The notes beneath the pieces are model-generated. The model ran no database searches and was not told the DNA's origin. It was given only the letters and a program-made list of their open reading frames with translations. From positions 512,001 to 576,000 of the forward strand of contig CAVSGM010000001.1 in assembly GCA_963727485.1 (NCBI GenBank): 64,000 nt of DNA, written 5' to 3'. How positions within the stretch are numbered: position 1 is the stretch's first letter; each line of letters opens with the position of its first letter. Position numbers and translations under genes: made by a program. Of this stretch, positions 53,746-63,116 are shown in pieces. The stretch is from an uncultured delta proteobacterium. GTDB taxonomy: Bacteria > Myxococcota > Myxococcia > SLRQ01.

Positions 53746-55164
53746 ATGTCTGAACGCTACTTCCAGGACGCCTTCGGCATCACCGACGAGGTCATTCGTC
53801 GGGTCCTCGCCGCTGCCCTCTCGCGCGGCGGGGACTTTGCCGACCTCTACTTCCAGCACGGCATCGCCACCAGCCTCGCCCTCGAGGACGGGAAGGTCGA
53901 CCGCGCCGCCACCTCGGTGGACCTCGGCGTGGGCATCCGGGTGGTGGTCGGCGACCAGACCGGCTACGCCTTCACCGAGGACCTCGCCGAGCCGGCGATG
54001 ATCGCCGCGGCGAAGACGGCGGCGGGCATCGCCGCCTCCGGCGCCGCGGTGGCCCCCGTGGACCTCACCCCCCGGTCGCTCCCCCGCTACTACGACACCG
54101 CCTACGACTGGGGCGGCGTCGGCGCCCCGGAGGTGATGCCGCTCCTCGACCGGGTGAGCGAGGCCATCTGGAAGGGCGACGGGGTGGTCCGGGTGCAGGC
54201 GAGCTTCGCCGCCGGCCAGCACCAGGTGATGGTGGTCGACTCCGAGGGCCACGTCTCCACCGACTCCCAGCCCATGACCCGGATCTTCGCCTCCTGCGTG
54301 ATGGAGCGCGGAGGCGAGCGCCAGAGCGGGAGCCACAACCTCGCCGCCCGGGACGGCCTCGGCTTCTACACCGACGCCCGCCTCGATCACCTGGTCTCGA
54401 CCGCCCTCGACCGCACGGCGATCCTCTTCGAGTCCAAGCGACCGCCCCAGGGCGAGATGCCGGTGGTGCTCGCCGCCGGCTCCTCGGGGATCCTGCTTCA
54501 CGAGGCCATCGGCCACGGGATGGAGGCCGACTTCAACCGCAAGGGCGTCTCCATCTTCTCCGACAAGATCGGCAAGCCGGTGGCCGCGCCCTTCGTGACC
54601 ATCGTCGACGACGGCACCAACCCCAATGCCCGCGGGGCCATCAACGTCGACGACGAGGGCCAGGACAGCCAGCGCACGGTGCTGGTGGAAGAGGGCACCA
54701 TGCGCTCCTACCTCCACGACCGGATCAGCGCCAGGCACTACGGCGTGGCGCCCACGGGCAACGGCCGGCGCCAGAGCTTCCGCCACGCGCCGCTGCCCCG
54801 GATGCGCAGCACCTACATGATGCCCGGGCCCCACACCAAGGACGAGATCATCAAGAGCGTGAAGAAGGGCATCTATGCGGTCTCCTTCACCAACGGGCAG
54901 GTGAACATCGGCGCCGGCGACTACGCCTTCTACGTGAAGAACGGCTGGCTCATCGAGGACGGGAAGATCACCGCGCCCATCAAGGACGTGAACCTCATCG
55001 GCAACGGCCCCGAGTCCCTCTCGCGGATCTCCATGGTCGCCGACGACTTCGAGCTCGACGAGAGCGGCTGGACCTGCGGCAAGGACGGGCAGTCGGTGCC
55101 CGTGTCGCTGGGGCTGCCCACGGTCCTGGTGGACCGCATCGTGGTGGGAGGACAGCAGGGATGA
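53746..55164 (+). CDS. tldD: TldD metalloprotease
   Basis: FADLYF, G.GIRVV.G, LLHEAIGHGMEAD, DDEG, PRM, CGKDGQSVPV. Confidence 0.95.
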   Translation: MSERYFQDAFGITDEVIRRVLAAALSRGGDFADLYFQHGIATSLALEDGKVDRAATSVDLGVGIRVVVGDQTGYAFTEDLAEPAMIAAAKTAAGIAASGAAVAPVDLTPRSLPRYYDTAYDWGGVGAPEVMPLLDRVSEAIWKGDGVVRVQASFAAGQHQVMVVDSEGHVSTDSQPMTRIFASCVMERGGERQSGSHNLAARDGLGFYTDARLDHLVSTALDRTAILFESKRPPQGEMPVVLAAGSSGILLHEAIGHGMEADFNRKGVSIFSDKIGKPVAAPFVTIVDDGTNPNARGAINVDDEGQDSQRTVLVEEGTMRSYLHDRISARHYGVAPTGNGRRQSFRHAPLPRMRSTYMMPGPHTKDEIIKSVKKGIYAVSFTNGQVNIGAGDYAFYVKNGWLIEDGKITAPIKDVNLIGNGPESLSRISMVADDFELDESGWTCGKDGQSVPVSLGLPTVLVDRIVVGGQQG

Positions 55165-56480
55165 GCCAGGACCTCATGGATCTCGCCGAGCGCACGCTCG
55201 CGCAGGCGCAGCAGAAGGGCGCGCAGGACGCCGCGGTCTCCGCCAGCCGGGGCCGCTCCATCAGCGTGCAGTACCGCGACGGGGAGCTGGAGCAGGTGCG
55301 CGAGTCGGCGTCGGCGCAGCTCGGCGTGAGCCTCTACGTCGACGGACGCTACTCGACCCACTCCACCAACGACCTGCGCCCCGAGGCGGTCGACGCCTTC
55401 CTCGATCGCGCGGTGGCCCTCACCCGGCTGCTGGCCGAGGACCCCAACCGCGGCCTCGCCGACCCGGCCCTCTACGCCGGGCGCAGTGAGGCCGACCTGG
55501 GCATCCGCGATCCCGCCTGGGAGTCCCTGGACACCGAGGCCCGGAAGCGCCTCGCCGAGGAGGCCATGGCCGGGGCCCGGGCCGTCGAGGGGCCGATCCT
55601 CTCGGTGACCGCGGGGATGAGCGACGGCATCGGCGAGTCGGTGCGCCTCCACTCCAACGGCTTCAGCGGCCGGCGCGAGGGGACGCGCTTCGGCCTCGGG
55701 GTCGAGGTCTCGGTGAAGGACGAGGGCGACCGCCGCCCCGAGGAGTGGGACGCCGCCAGCACCCGGCGCCAGGACGCCCTCCCCAATCCCGCCACCGTCG
55801 GTCGCCGGGCCGCCGAGCGGGCCATGGCGCGCCTCGGCCAGCGCAAGCTCCCCAGCGGCACCTTCCCCCTGGTCGTCGATCCCCGCGCCGGGTCCACGCT
55901 GCTGCGCCACTTCCTCGCCGGCCTCGGGGGCGCGGTGCTCCACCAGCGCCGCAGCTTCCTCCTCGACCGCCTCGGCGACACCGTGGGCACCGAGGCCTTC
56001 CACCTGGTCGACGACCCGCTCCTGGTCGGCGGGCTGGCCTCCCAGCACTACGACGGCGACGGCATCGCCGCCCGGCCGCGGACCCTGGTCGACCACGGGA
56101 AGCTCGCCGGCTACCTCGTCGACGTCTACTACGGGCGCAAGCTCGGGGTGACGCCCGAGGGCGGCGGGACCACCAACCTCACCGTCGCCCCGGGGGCCAA
56201 GAGCCAGGCGGAGATCATCGCCGACATGTCCCGGGGGATCCTGGTCACCGGCTTCCTCGGGGGGAACGCCGACGTGGCCACCGGCGACTTCTCCCACGGC
56301 ATCGTGGGCTTCGTCATCGCCGACGGGAAGCTCGCCGGCCCCATCGGGGAGATGAACGTCACCGGCAGCCACCGGGCGCTGTGGAACCAGCTCCGGGAGA
56401 CCGGCAACAATCCCTACCCCTGGTCGAGCTGGCGCCTGCCGACGATGGTGTTCACCGACGTCGACGTCTCCGGCGCCTGA
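55161..56480 (+). CDS. pmbA: PmbA/TldE protein
   Basis: ATGA overlap with tldD; SFL, DDP, DGDG, TGDFS; no HExxxH. Confidence 0.92.
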   Translation: MSQDLMDLAERTLAQAQQKGAQDAAVSASRGRSISVQYRDGELEQVRESASAQLGVSLYVDGRYSTHSTNDLRPEAVDAFLDRAVALTRLLAEDPNRGLADPALYAGRSEADLGIRDPAWESLDTEARKRLAEEAMAGARAVEGPILSVTAGMSDGIGESVRLHSNGFSGRREGTRFGLGVEVSVKDEGDRRPEEWDAASTRRQDALPNPATVGRRAAERAMARLGQRKLPSGTFPLVVDPRAGSTLLRHFLAGLGGAVLHQRRSFLLDRLGDTVGTEAFHLVDDPLLVGGLASQHYDGDGIAARPRTLVDHGKLAGYLVDVYYGRKLGVTPEGGGTTNLTVAPGAKSQAEIIADMSRGILVTGFLGGNADVATGDFSHGIVGFVIADGKLAGPIGEMNVTGSHRALWNQLRETGNNPYPWSSWRLPTMVFTDVDVSGA

Positions 56481-56495
56481 CGCAGGTCCCGCGGT

Positions 56496-57092
56496 TCAGA
56501 ACTTGAACCGCGGCCCGAAGGTCAGCTCGATGGTGCCCACCGGCGTCACGTAGGGCGTGAGCAGCGGCCCGACCTCGGGGACCACCAGCTTGGCCCCGAA
56601 GCCGAAGCCGGACGGCAGCCAGATGTCGAGGCCGGCGATGAAGCGGAAGTCCAGGGCCATGAAGAACGGGTTGTAGCCGCCGAAGAAGGCGCCGCGCTCA
56701 TTGCCCATGCGCAGGCCCACGCCCACGCCGAGGTAGGGCACCAGGGCCGGCGCCCGGGGGATGCGGAAGCGCCAGGCCACGTCGAGCACCGGGTTCAAGG
56801 TGAAGGCGTAGTTGGACACCCCCAGGCGCAGGCCGGGGATGAGGGTGAACCCGCTGTGGTCGGCGATGGCGTAGTCGGCGCCAAAGAGGAAGAGGCTGCC
56901 GCCGAAGGGCGTGGGGTTGCCCACCGAGAGGTCGCTGGCGAAGCCCACGAAGGGGCGGATGGAGGTGCCGCTCCCGTTCCAGGCGCGGGCGTGGTGGTGG
57001 CGGATCGGGCCTTCGGCGGCGGCGGGGTGTCCCAGGGCGAGGCCGAGGGCGAGGACGGCCAGGGCGCAGGCAGCGGGGCGGAGGCGGATCAT
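56496..57092 (-). CDS. Small outer-membrane beta-barrel protein
   Basis: Signal peptide AAA-E; PYLGVGVG; terminal RFKF. Confidence 0.75.
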   Translation of the reverse strand: MIRLRPAACALAVLALGLALGHPAAAEGPIRHHHARAWNGSGTSIRPFVGFASDLSVGNPTPFGGSLFLFGADYAIADHSGFTLIPGLRLGVSNYAFTLNPVLDVAWRFRIPRAPALVPYLGVGVGLRMGNERGAFFGGYNPFFMALDFRFIAGLDIWLPSGFGFGAKLVVPEVGPLLTPYVTPVGTIELTFGPRFKF

Positions 57093-57544
57093 CGGGCGAG
57101 CTCCTCGAGGTCGGGGGTGGGGGCCGGGGCGGCGAGCCGCCGCCGCTCGGGATCGGTGAGGTAGGGCAGGGCGAGGTGGTGACGGCGGCCGTCTCCCAGG
57201 GCGGGGCCGGTGACCACCGCCCGGGTGGGGATGGGCACCTCGTCGCCCTCGGGCAGGAGAAGGACCACCGGACGCTCCCCGTCGGCCACCCCCAGGACGC
57301 CGGCGACGACGCAGCCGTCGGCCGTGACCGAGACCACCGGGAGATCGAGGACGCCGCGGCCGGTCTCCAGGCGCAGGCGGGGGCCCGGAATCGCGGCGCC
57401 ACCGTCCCCGGCGACCGTCTGGGCGAGGAGGAGACCCTGGCGCAGGATCTCCCAGCGCACCAGCGAGCCGGAGGGGAGCGCGCCGTCGTGCTCGGCGCGT
57501 CGCTTCAGGGACACGAACTCGCTGACCATCTCGCTGACGTCCAT
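57089..57544 (-). CDS. Degenerate PilZ-like protein (myxobacterial type)
   Basis: N-terminal EF..L.RR...L....RW..L helix pair, then a beta-barrel-like segment lacking RxxxR. Confidence 0.5.
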   Translation of the reverse strand: MDVSEMVSEFVSLKRRAEHDGALPSGSLVRWEILRQGLLLAQTVAGDGGAAIPGPRLRLETGRGVLDLPVVSVTADGCVVAGVLGVADGERPVVLLLPEGDEVPIPTRAVVTGPALGDGRRHHLALPYLTDPERRRLAAPAPTPDLEELAR

Positions 57545-57575
57545 GGGGGGCTCCCGTCGGGGGTTCAGCTCGTGC

Positions 57576-57601
57576 TACGACGGGGCCGGTCGAATGGATC
57601 G
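57576..57601 (-). promoter_or_regulatory. Putative ECF promoter of the PilZ-like/OMP operon
   Basis: CGATCC-N16-CGTAGC on minus strand. Confidence 0.65.
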
Positions 57602-57625
57602 AAAAATCTCGGCAGCCGTTTCCAG

Positions 57626-57651
57626 TGATCCGTTTTCCGGGGCCGGGCGTA
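57626..57651 (+). promoter_or_regulatory. Putative autoregulatory ECF promoter
   Basis: TGATCC-N16-CGTAGC. Confidence 0.65.
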
Positions 57652-57668
57652 GCCCCTCCCGAGGATCC

Positions 57669-58262
57669 GTGGAACCGACGACGGCGACCCTCGAGGCGTT
57701 CCGGCGCGGAGAGCGGGAGGCGTTCGCCTGCATGGTGCAGGGGTTCGGTTCCACGGTGCGATCCATCGTCATGCGCTACTTTCGAGAGCCCTTCGACCGC
57801 GACGAGGCGCTGCAGGAGGTGTGGCTGCACCTCTATCGCCAGCGCCAGGCTCTCGATCCGGACCGCGCCGGGGAGGTGCGGGGCTTCGTGGCCACCCTGG
57901 CGAGGCGCCGGTGCATCGAGCTCCTCCGCGCCGCCGGCCGGCAGCCGCCGGTGGACGAGGGGGACGAGGCCGCGGCCCCGGATCCCGCCGGTGAGGCCGA
58001 GCGTGCGGCCGCCGGGGAGCGCCGGGAGCTCGCCGAGGCGGTGGCGGCGTTCCGGGCCCGGCTCGATCCCGAGTGGCAGCGGTTCTTCGACCTCCACTTC
58101 GTCGAGGGGCTCCCCGCCGCCGAGGTCGCGCGGCGCCTGGGGATGGGCGTCCCCCGCTCCAAGTACGTCAAGCGGGTGCTGGTGGCCCGGGCGCGCAGGC
58201 ACCGGGCGCTGATGGCCGCCCTCGGGCGACTCCGGGACCCGGAGGGCGACGATGCACCGTAG
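57669..58262 (+). CDS. ECF sigma-70 factor
   Basis: G.REAF, DEALQEVWL, ARRRCIE.LR; region 4 EGL..AEVARRLG. Confidence 0.88.
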   Translation: MEPTTATLEAFRRGEREAFACMVQGFGSTVRSIVMRYFREPFDRDEALQEVWLHLYRQRQALDPDRAGEVRGFVATLARRRCIELLRAAGRQPPVDEGDEAAAPDPAGEAERAAAGERRELAEAVAAFRARLDPEWQRFFDLHFVEGLPAAEVARRLGMGVPRSKYVKRVLVARARRHRALMAALGRLRDPEGDDAP

Positions 58263-59169
58263 GGCGCCCATCCACCGGCTCCTCGCCGAGGGCCTCCCGC
58301 CCGGGGCCGAGGCGCGCCTCCGAGCCCACCTGCGCCGGTGCGCCCGGTGCCGCGTGGTCTACGCCGAGGAGCAGGCGCTCCTCCGGGCCCTCGCCGGGAA
58401 TCCGTCGGCGCCCACCGCCGCCGAGGACGCGCGCCTGGTGGACGCGGTGCTCGCGGCGGCGACGACCGCCGGTCTCCGGGAGGGCCGCCTCGGCGCCCTC
58501 GTCGATCGTCTCCTCTGGCTCCCGGGCCCGGTGCTGGCCGGCGCCGCCGCCGCGGTCGTCCTCCTCGCCGTCGGGGTCACCGCCGGGCTCGCCGCCGGCC
58601 CGGGGCCGGTGGTCGCCCGGATCGCCCGGGGCGCCGGCCTCACCGTCGACGGCCATCCCGCTCCGATCGGGGACACGCCCCTCGCCCTCCACGCCGGCGC
58701 CCACCTGGGGGTGGGCCAGGGGGGGCTCGCGGTCCTCGACCTCGCCCGCCCGGGGCAGGTCCGGGTCTACCCGGGGACCCGCCTCGTCGTCGGCCGCCGG
58801 GGCCGGGTGCTCGACCTCGCCACCGGCCGGGTGTGGTGCCGGATCCCCGAGGGCCACGGCGGCTTCACCGTGCGCACCGGCGAGGCGGTGGTCGAGGACC
58901 TGGGCACCTCCTTCGTGGTCGCCCACCACGCTGGGGACGGGACCTCGGTGCGGGTGATGTCGGGGACGGTCGCGGTCCACGGCCGCCACCGCCGCCGCAC
59001 CGTGAAGGTCACCGCCCACCAGGAGACGCAGGTGCGCCCCGGCGACGACCCGGCCCCACCGGCGCGCTACGATCCGGCCCGGGACCGCCTCGACTGGGCG
59101 GCCCTGTGGCACCGGTTCCTGGACAGCCTCCGCGACGCCCTGGAGAAGGTGAAGCGGATCTTCCACTGA
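58252..59169 (+). CDS. Zinc-finger (HxxxCxxC) anti-sigma factor with TM and FecR-like domain
   Basis: HLRRCARC; TM; F.V.T....V.DLGTSF.V, V.V.SG.V.V. Confidence 0.88.
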   Translation: MHRRAPIHRLLAEGLPPGAEARLRAHLRRCARCRVVYAEEQALLRALAGNPSAPTAAEDARLVDAVLAAATTAGLREGRLGALVDRLLWLPGPVLAGAAAAVVLLAVGVTAGLAAGPGPVVARIARGAGLTVDGHPAPIGDTPLALHAGAHLGVGQGGLAVLDLARPGQVRVYPGTRLVVGRRGRVLDLATGRVWCRIPEGHGGFTVRTGEAVVEDLGTSFVVAHHAGDGTSVRVMSGTVAVHGRHRRRTVKVTAHQETQVRPGDDPAPPARYDPARDRLDWAALWHRFLDSLRDALEKVKRIFH

Positions 59170-59173
59170 CCGG

Positions 59174-59641
59174 TCAGCTCGGGGCGCCGACGGCCTTCAC
59201 CGGCTCACCCTGCTGCACCGTCAGCGGCGCCAGCTTGGTGAGGCGCTCGGTGTCCAGCGGCGTGCCCACCGCCGGGAAGGCCAGGCCCCCGGGGGTCCAC
59301 TCGGGGACGAAGAGGATGGGCGTGGCCTCGCCGTTGTAGCCCAGCTGCACCAAGAGGTCGGTGTCGAAGGTGCGGCAGTTCTTCTCGCAGCAGGTGAACG
59401 GCGCCAGCACCCGGTAGAGGCCCTCGGGGGGCAGGGGCTCGAGGGTCACGGCGAGGCCCGGATCGCCCAGGGTCTCCCCCTGCTCGGGGAAGTTGGCGCG
59501 GTTGAGGTGCCAGTCGTCGGGCGGGTAGATGCCGGGCCCGGGGTTGCCGTGGTTGTGGAACATCACCAGGCGCCCCGCGGGCACCGAGCCGATGTCGATG
59601 GTGGTCTTGTAGAGGCCGCAGGGCGGCAGGCCGTCGGACAT
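59174..59641 (-). CDS. Hypothetical protein
   Basis: GGAG RBS; GLY.TT, LVMFHNHG.PGPG, CC..NC, QLGYNG...PILFVP. Confidence 0.75.
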   Translation of the reverse strand: MSDGLPPCGLYKTTIDIGSVPAGRLVMFHNHGNPGPGIYPPDDWHLNRANFPEQGETLGDPGLAVTLEPLPPEGLYRVLAPFTCCEKNCRTFDTDLLVQLGYNGEATPILFVPEWTPGGLAFPAVGTPLDTERLTKLAPLTVQQGEPVKAVGAPS

Positions 59642-59662
59642 GTTGGGACTCCGTTCTCGTTG

Positions 59663-60034
59663 TCAGCGACGGAACTCCCGACGGCCATCCTCCGAGAAGA
59701 GCACCCAGAGACCATAGAGCCCGACCAGGCTCGCCCAGGAGAAGGTGAGCACCTGGGCGGCCGAGCCCGCCACGCCGAGGAACCGGCCCCAGCCCTTGCG
59801 GGCGAACAGGCCGAAGGCGGTGAGGAACCCGATGACGCCGCCGCCCAGGAGGCTCGCCCCGAAGCCGGCCCCCAGCCACCAGGCGAGGTGGCCGAGACCC
59901 ACGAGGTCGAGGAACTCCTTGAGGAAGCGGCCCCAGGTCCCGCCCCCGACGAGGAGGACGAGGATCCCGAGCACCGAGGCCACGAGGCCACTGAACGCGT
60001 AGAGAAAGCCGAGGGCGGAGACATGCTTGCCCAT
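59663..60034 (-). CDS. Small membrane protein (3-4 TM)
   Basis: AAGGAG RBS; hydrophobic; WGR, GLYGLWVL. Confidence 0.75.
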   Translation of the reverse strand: MGKHVSALGFLYAFSGLVASVLGILVLLVGGGTWGRFLKEFLDLVGLGHLAWWLGAGFGASLLGGGVIGFLTAFGLFARKGWGRFLGVAGSAAQVLTFSWASLVGLYGLWVLFSEDGRREFRR

Positions 60035-60070
60035 GGGGAAGCTCCTTGAGTCACCAGTATACGTCCCCAC

Positions 60071-60096
60071 TACGCTTCACGCAGCGGTTGGATTCC
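60071..60096 (-). promoter_or_regulatory. Putative ECF-sigma promoter
   Basis: GGAATC-N16-CGTA on minus strand. Confidence 0.45.
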
Positions 60097-60183
60097 ATCC
60101 GGGCCCGGTGGCCGGCCGATGCCTAGGTTCTCCTTGGGCGTCCGCACCTGTCCGGCGGGGGCGTCCGAAAGGGGGAACGGGCC

Positions 60184-60306
60184 ATGGATCCCGTGTTTGC
60201 CTGGGTGATGGCGAGCATCATCACCTTCCTCGCTGGCGTGGCCATCGCCGCGGGGATCCGCTCCTGGGTGCAGGCGCGGCGGTTTCGGCGGCAGGCGGGG
60301 CCTTGA
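60184..60306 (+). CDS. 40-aa single-TM small protein (not in the ORF track)
   Basis: MDPVFAWVMASIITFLAGVAIAAGIRSWVQARRFRRQAGP; purine-rich RBS. Confidence 0.6.
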   Translation: MDPVFAWVMASIITFLAGVAIAAGIRSWVQARRFRRQAGP

Positions 60307-60367
60307 CCCCCGCGGTCGGGGGCCGCGCCGGTTGGTGCCCGGAGCGCCGAGGGGCTAGATAGGGAGC

Positions 60368-60679
60368 ATGGCCCCCGACGACGAGGCGCGGCTGCCCCAG
60401 GTGGCCGAGGCCGGTGACGACGAGCCGCCGGTGGTGGCGCGGATGGTCGTCGAGATCCGCTCCGACGGCACCCGGACCATCGCCCGGGGCGCCCTCGAGG
60501 ATCGGCTCCTCGGGGAGACGGTGCAGGTGCACGCCGAGGCGGCGACGCCCCTGGCCCTTGTGGGGCAGCTCGCCCGGTCGCTGGCGCGGACCCCGGTCCT
60601 CGCCCGGCTCCGGCACCGGGGACGGTCGCTGGCGGCCACCGCCCGGGGGCTCTTGCCCGGGCGCCGCGACGACGACTGA
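60368..60679 (+). CDS. Hypothetical protein
   Basis: GGGAG RBS; EPPVVARMVVEIRSDGTRTIARGALED. Confidence 0.7.
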   Translation: MAPDDEARLPQVAEAGDDEPPVVARMVVEIRSDGTRTIARGALEDRLLGETVQVHAEAATPLALVGQLARSLARTPVLARLRHRGRSLAATARGLLPGRRDDD

Positions 60680-60714
60680 CGGCCACCGGTCCGGGGCGCC
60701 GGGGTGCCGCCCGT

Positions 60715-61695
60715 TCAGGGCAAGGCGGCGCGACGGGCCTTCCCGTCGGCGTCATCGAGGAAGGCGTCGAGCTCGGGGAAGACGGTCACCGGCGCCCGCT
60801 TGCCCACCAGGAGGTCGATGTGCCCGGCGTCGAAGAGCCGCACCGTGGCCCCGGCGCGCCGGGCGGTGTCGGCGGCGGCGGACCGGTGGCACTGGTGGTC
60901 CCGGGTGCCGGCGATGGCCATCAGCGGCACGGCGCCTTCGGGGAGTCGCGGCAGGTAGGCCTCGCCGGCGGCGTCCCGGAGGCCCCCGGGCTGGAAGAGG
61001 GTGGCGAGCTGGGCCAGGACCGGCGCGCTCACCGTGTGGAAGCCCTCGGCCATCACCCGGCGGTGGAGCGGGCGCTCGAGGTTCGGGGGCCAGAGGTTGA
61101 AGGCGTCGAGGCGGCGCAGGGGGCGCAGGCCCGAGAGCGGCGACTGGAGCCGGGCCAGGGGGCCGAGCGGCACCGCCGGGAGCACCCGGGCCAGGAACGC
61201 CAGGCGCGCCGCCGGGGCGAAGTCGCTCTTGCCCGGGGTGTAGTCGAGGGCCGAGCCCACGGTGACGCCGCTGGCCAGCCCCCGGCCGCCGTTGCGGGCG
61301 AGCCAGGCGTAGAGGAGGATCCCGCCCATGGAGTGGCCCACGAAGTGGACCCGGTCCCGGCCGGTGACCCACCGCACGGCGCTCACGGCCGCGGGGAGGT
61401 CGTGGTCGAGGTAGGTGTCGAAGTCCCAGCCGTAGCGGGGGGTGCCCGGGAGGCGGTCGGCGGCGCCGTGGCCCCGGAGCTCGAGGGCGAAGACCTCGTA
61501 GCCCCGGCGGGCGAGGTGGCGGGCGAGGGACCGCTCGGGGACGAGGTCGAAGGGCAGGCGGTTGGCGGCGAGGCCGTGGCAGAGGACGACCGGGTGGCGG
61601 CGCCTCGCGCCCTCGGGCCGGTAGCGCCACAGGGCGATGCGCCACCCGCCCCCGGCGGGGACGCGGCGGAGCTCGGGATCGGCGGGGGCGGTCAC
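60715..61695 (-). CDS. Alpha/beta hydrolase (lipase/PhaC-like)
   Basis: PVVLCHGL, ELRGHG, VGHSMGG, G.RD, GH.DLL.G. Confidence 0.9.
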   Translation of the reverse strand: MTAPADPELRRVPAGGGWRIALWRYRPEGARRRHPVVLCHGLAANRLPFDLVPERSLARHLARRGYEVFALELRGHGAADRLPGTPRYGWDFDTYLDHDLPAAVSAVRWVTGRDRVHFVGHSMGGILLYAWLARNGGRGLASGVTVGSALDYTPGKSDFAPAARLAFLARVLPAVPLGPLARLQSPLSGLRPLRRLDAFNLWPPNLERPLHRRVMAEGFHTVSAPVLAQLATLFQPGGLRDAAGEAYLPRLPEGAVPLMAIAGTRDHQCHRSAAADTARRAGATVRLFDAGHIDLLVGKRAPVTVFPELDAFLDDADGKARRAALP

Positions 61696-61733
61696 CGGGC
61701 GAGGATAGCGCGCCCGCCTCCCGCGGGCACGGG

Positions 61734-63116
61734 TCAAGGCCGCTTCCTCGTCCCCGGCGCCCGGGGCGGCGCTGTGAGGTCCGCCGCGGTGGGCCCCCGG
61801 GAGACCAGGGCCACCGGCCCCCCCAGGGCCTCCTCCACCGCCGCCACCACCGCCTCGAGGGTCGCCGGCACCGACCGGTAGATCGGCGTCGCCCGGGCGA
61901 GGCGGGCGGTGAGGGCCGCGCGCCCTGCGAGGTCGTCGGGGGGCGCGGCGGCGAGCCACCGGGTGAGGTCGTCGACGCGCTCGGGGGGCCCGCCCGCGCG
62001 TCCGGGGAGCTCGTAGGCCACCGCGAGGCGGAACGCCGGGAGCCGGGGCACCAGGTCCCCATGGGTGAGCACCAGGGCGTCGACGCCGGCGTTGACCGCG
62101 AGGGCGTGGCGAAGGAGGACCGCGTCGAGCCAGCCCAGGCGCACCTTCCCCTGCCAGGGGTTCTCGGCGTTGTGCTCCCCCACCAGGCCCGCGAGGTCCC
62201 CGGTCTCGGTGGGCAGGGGACCGGCGCCGTGCCGCGGGAGGTGGGTGCGCAGGACCCCGAGGCGGCGGACCTCGGCGTCGGGGGCGAAGCGGGCCAGAAG
62301 GTCCAGGGCCCCGCGGGAGGTGCAGTCGGACCAGGTGGTGTGGGGGTGGAGGCCATGGTCGCCGTCGAGGAGCACCCCCTGGGCGCCCTCGAAGACCAGG
62401 GCGGGCGCCTCGGCGAGCCACCGGGCGAGGGTGGCCGCGTCGCGCACCGCCGAGGCCACGGTTCCGGCCGCGGCGATCCACCGCTGGGGCACGCCCGGGT
62501 CCTCGAGGATCGCCCGCTCGTCGCGGGCGGCAACCGTGTCCGGGCGCGCGCCCGCCAGGGCCCCCAGGGCGTCGAGGGCCCGGGCCCGCTGCCGCGAGAG
62601 CTTCCGCGTCAGGACCGCCGGGGCCCGAAGATCGCCGGCGCGCACCGCGTCCTCGGGGAAGGCCAGGGCGTCCGCGACCGTCTCCCCCACGCCCACCCCG
62701 CAGCTCCCGTGGCGCGCTTCCCCCCTCGCCAGCTCCCGGAGGCGGTTGAGGGCCTGGTGGTAGGGCGTGATCACCCGGCAGTCGGCGCTCACCGCCAGGC
62801 GGTCGAGGGCGTCCGGCACCCCCAGGTCGGCGAGGCGCCGCGCCTCGACCCGAAGCGCCGTGGGATGCACCACCACCGGCGCCGCGAGGACGGTGCGGGT
62901 CCCGGCGACGAAGGTCCCGGCGCCCAGCTGGGCGAAGGTGTGGGCGCGGCCGTCGGGGGCGACCACCCGGTGGCCCGCCTGGGCGCCGCCGTTGTACCGC
63001 ACCACCACCGTGGCCCCGGTGGCGCGGACCAGGTGGTCGGTGACGAGCCCCTTGCCCGCGTCCCCGAAGCCGAGATCGACCACCACCGAGGCGCGGCGCG
63101 CGCCCCGCCGGCTCAT
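61734..63116 (-). CDS. Divergent adenylosuccinate synthetase-like protein
   Basis: LGFGDAGKG, RYNGGAQAGH, HGSCGVGVG, FEGAQGVLLD, PHTTWS, RHGAGPLPTE, GWLD. Confidence 0.88.
   Translation of the reverse strand: MSRRGARRASVVVDLGFGDAGKGLVTDHLVRATGATVVVRYNGGAQAGHRVVAPDGRAHTFAQLGAGTFVAGTRTVLAAPVVVHPTALRVEARRLADLGVPDALDRLAVSADCRVITPYHQALNRLRELARGEARHGSCGVGVGETVADALAFPEDAVRAGDLRAPAVLTRKLSRQRARALDALGALAGARPDTVAARDERAILEDPGVPQRWIAAAGTVASAVRDAATLARWLAEAPALVFEGAQGVLLDGDHGLHPHTTWSDCTSRGALDLLARFAPDAEVRRLGVLRTHLPRHGAGPLPTETGDLAGLVGEHNAENPWQGKVRLGWLDAVLLRHALAVNAGVDALVLTHGDLVPRLPAFRLAVAYELPGRAGGPPERVDDLTRWLAAAPPDDLAGRAALTARLARATPIYRSVPATLEAVVAAVEEALGGPVALVSRGPTAADLTAPPRAPGTRKRP

Noticed and set aside
53746..56480. 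TldD/PmbA as part of a RiPP cluster
   Set aside because: No YcaO, precursor or tailoring genes adjacent.
59225..59641. HNH tripeptide as an HNH nuclease
   Set aside because: The residues are contiguous, not the spaced beta-beta-alpha-metal motif.
60035..60183. Possible riboswitch or ncRNA in the intergenic gap
   Set aside because: No recognisable aptamer consensus; explained by divergent promoters.
61734..63116. PurZ (Z-genome) assignment
   Set aside because: Retains Asp in GDAGKG where PurZ has Ser; no phage, datZ or mazZ context in the window.
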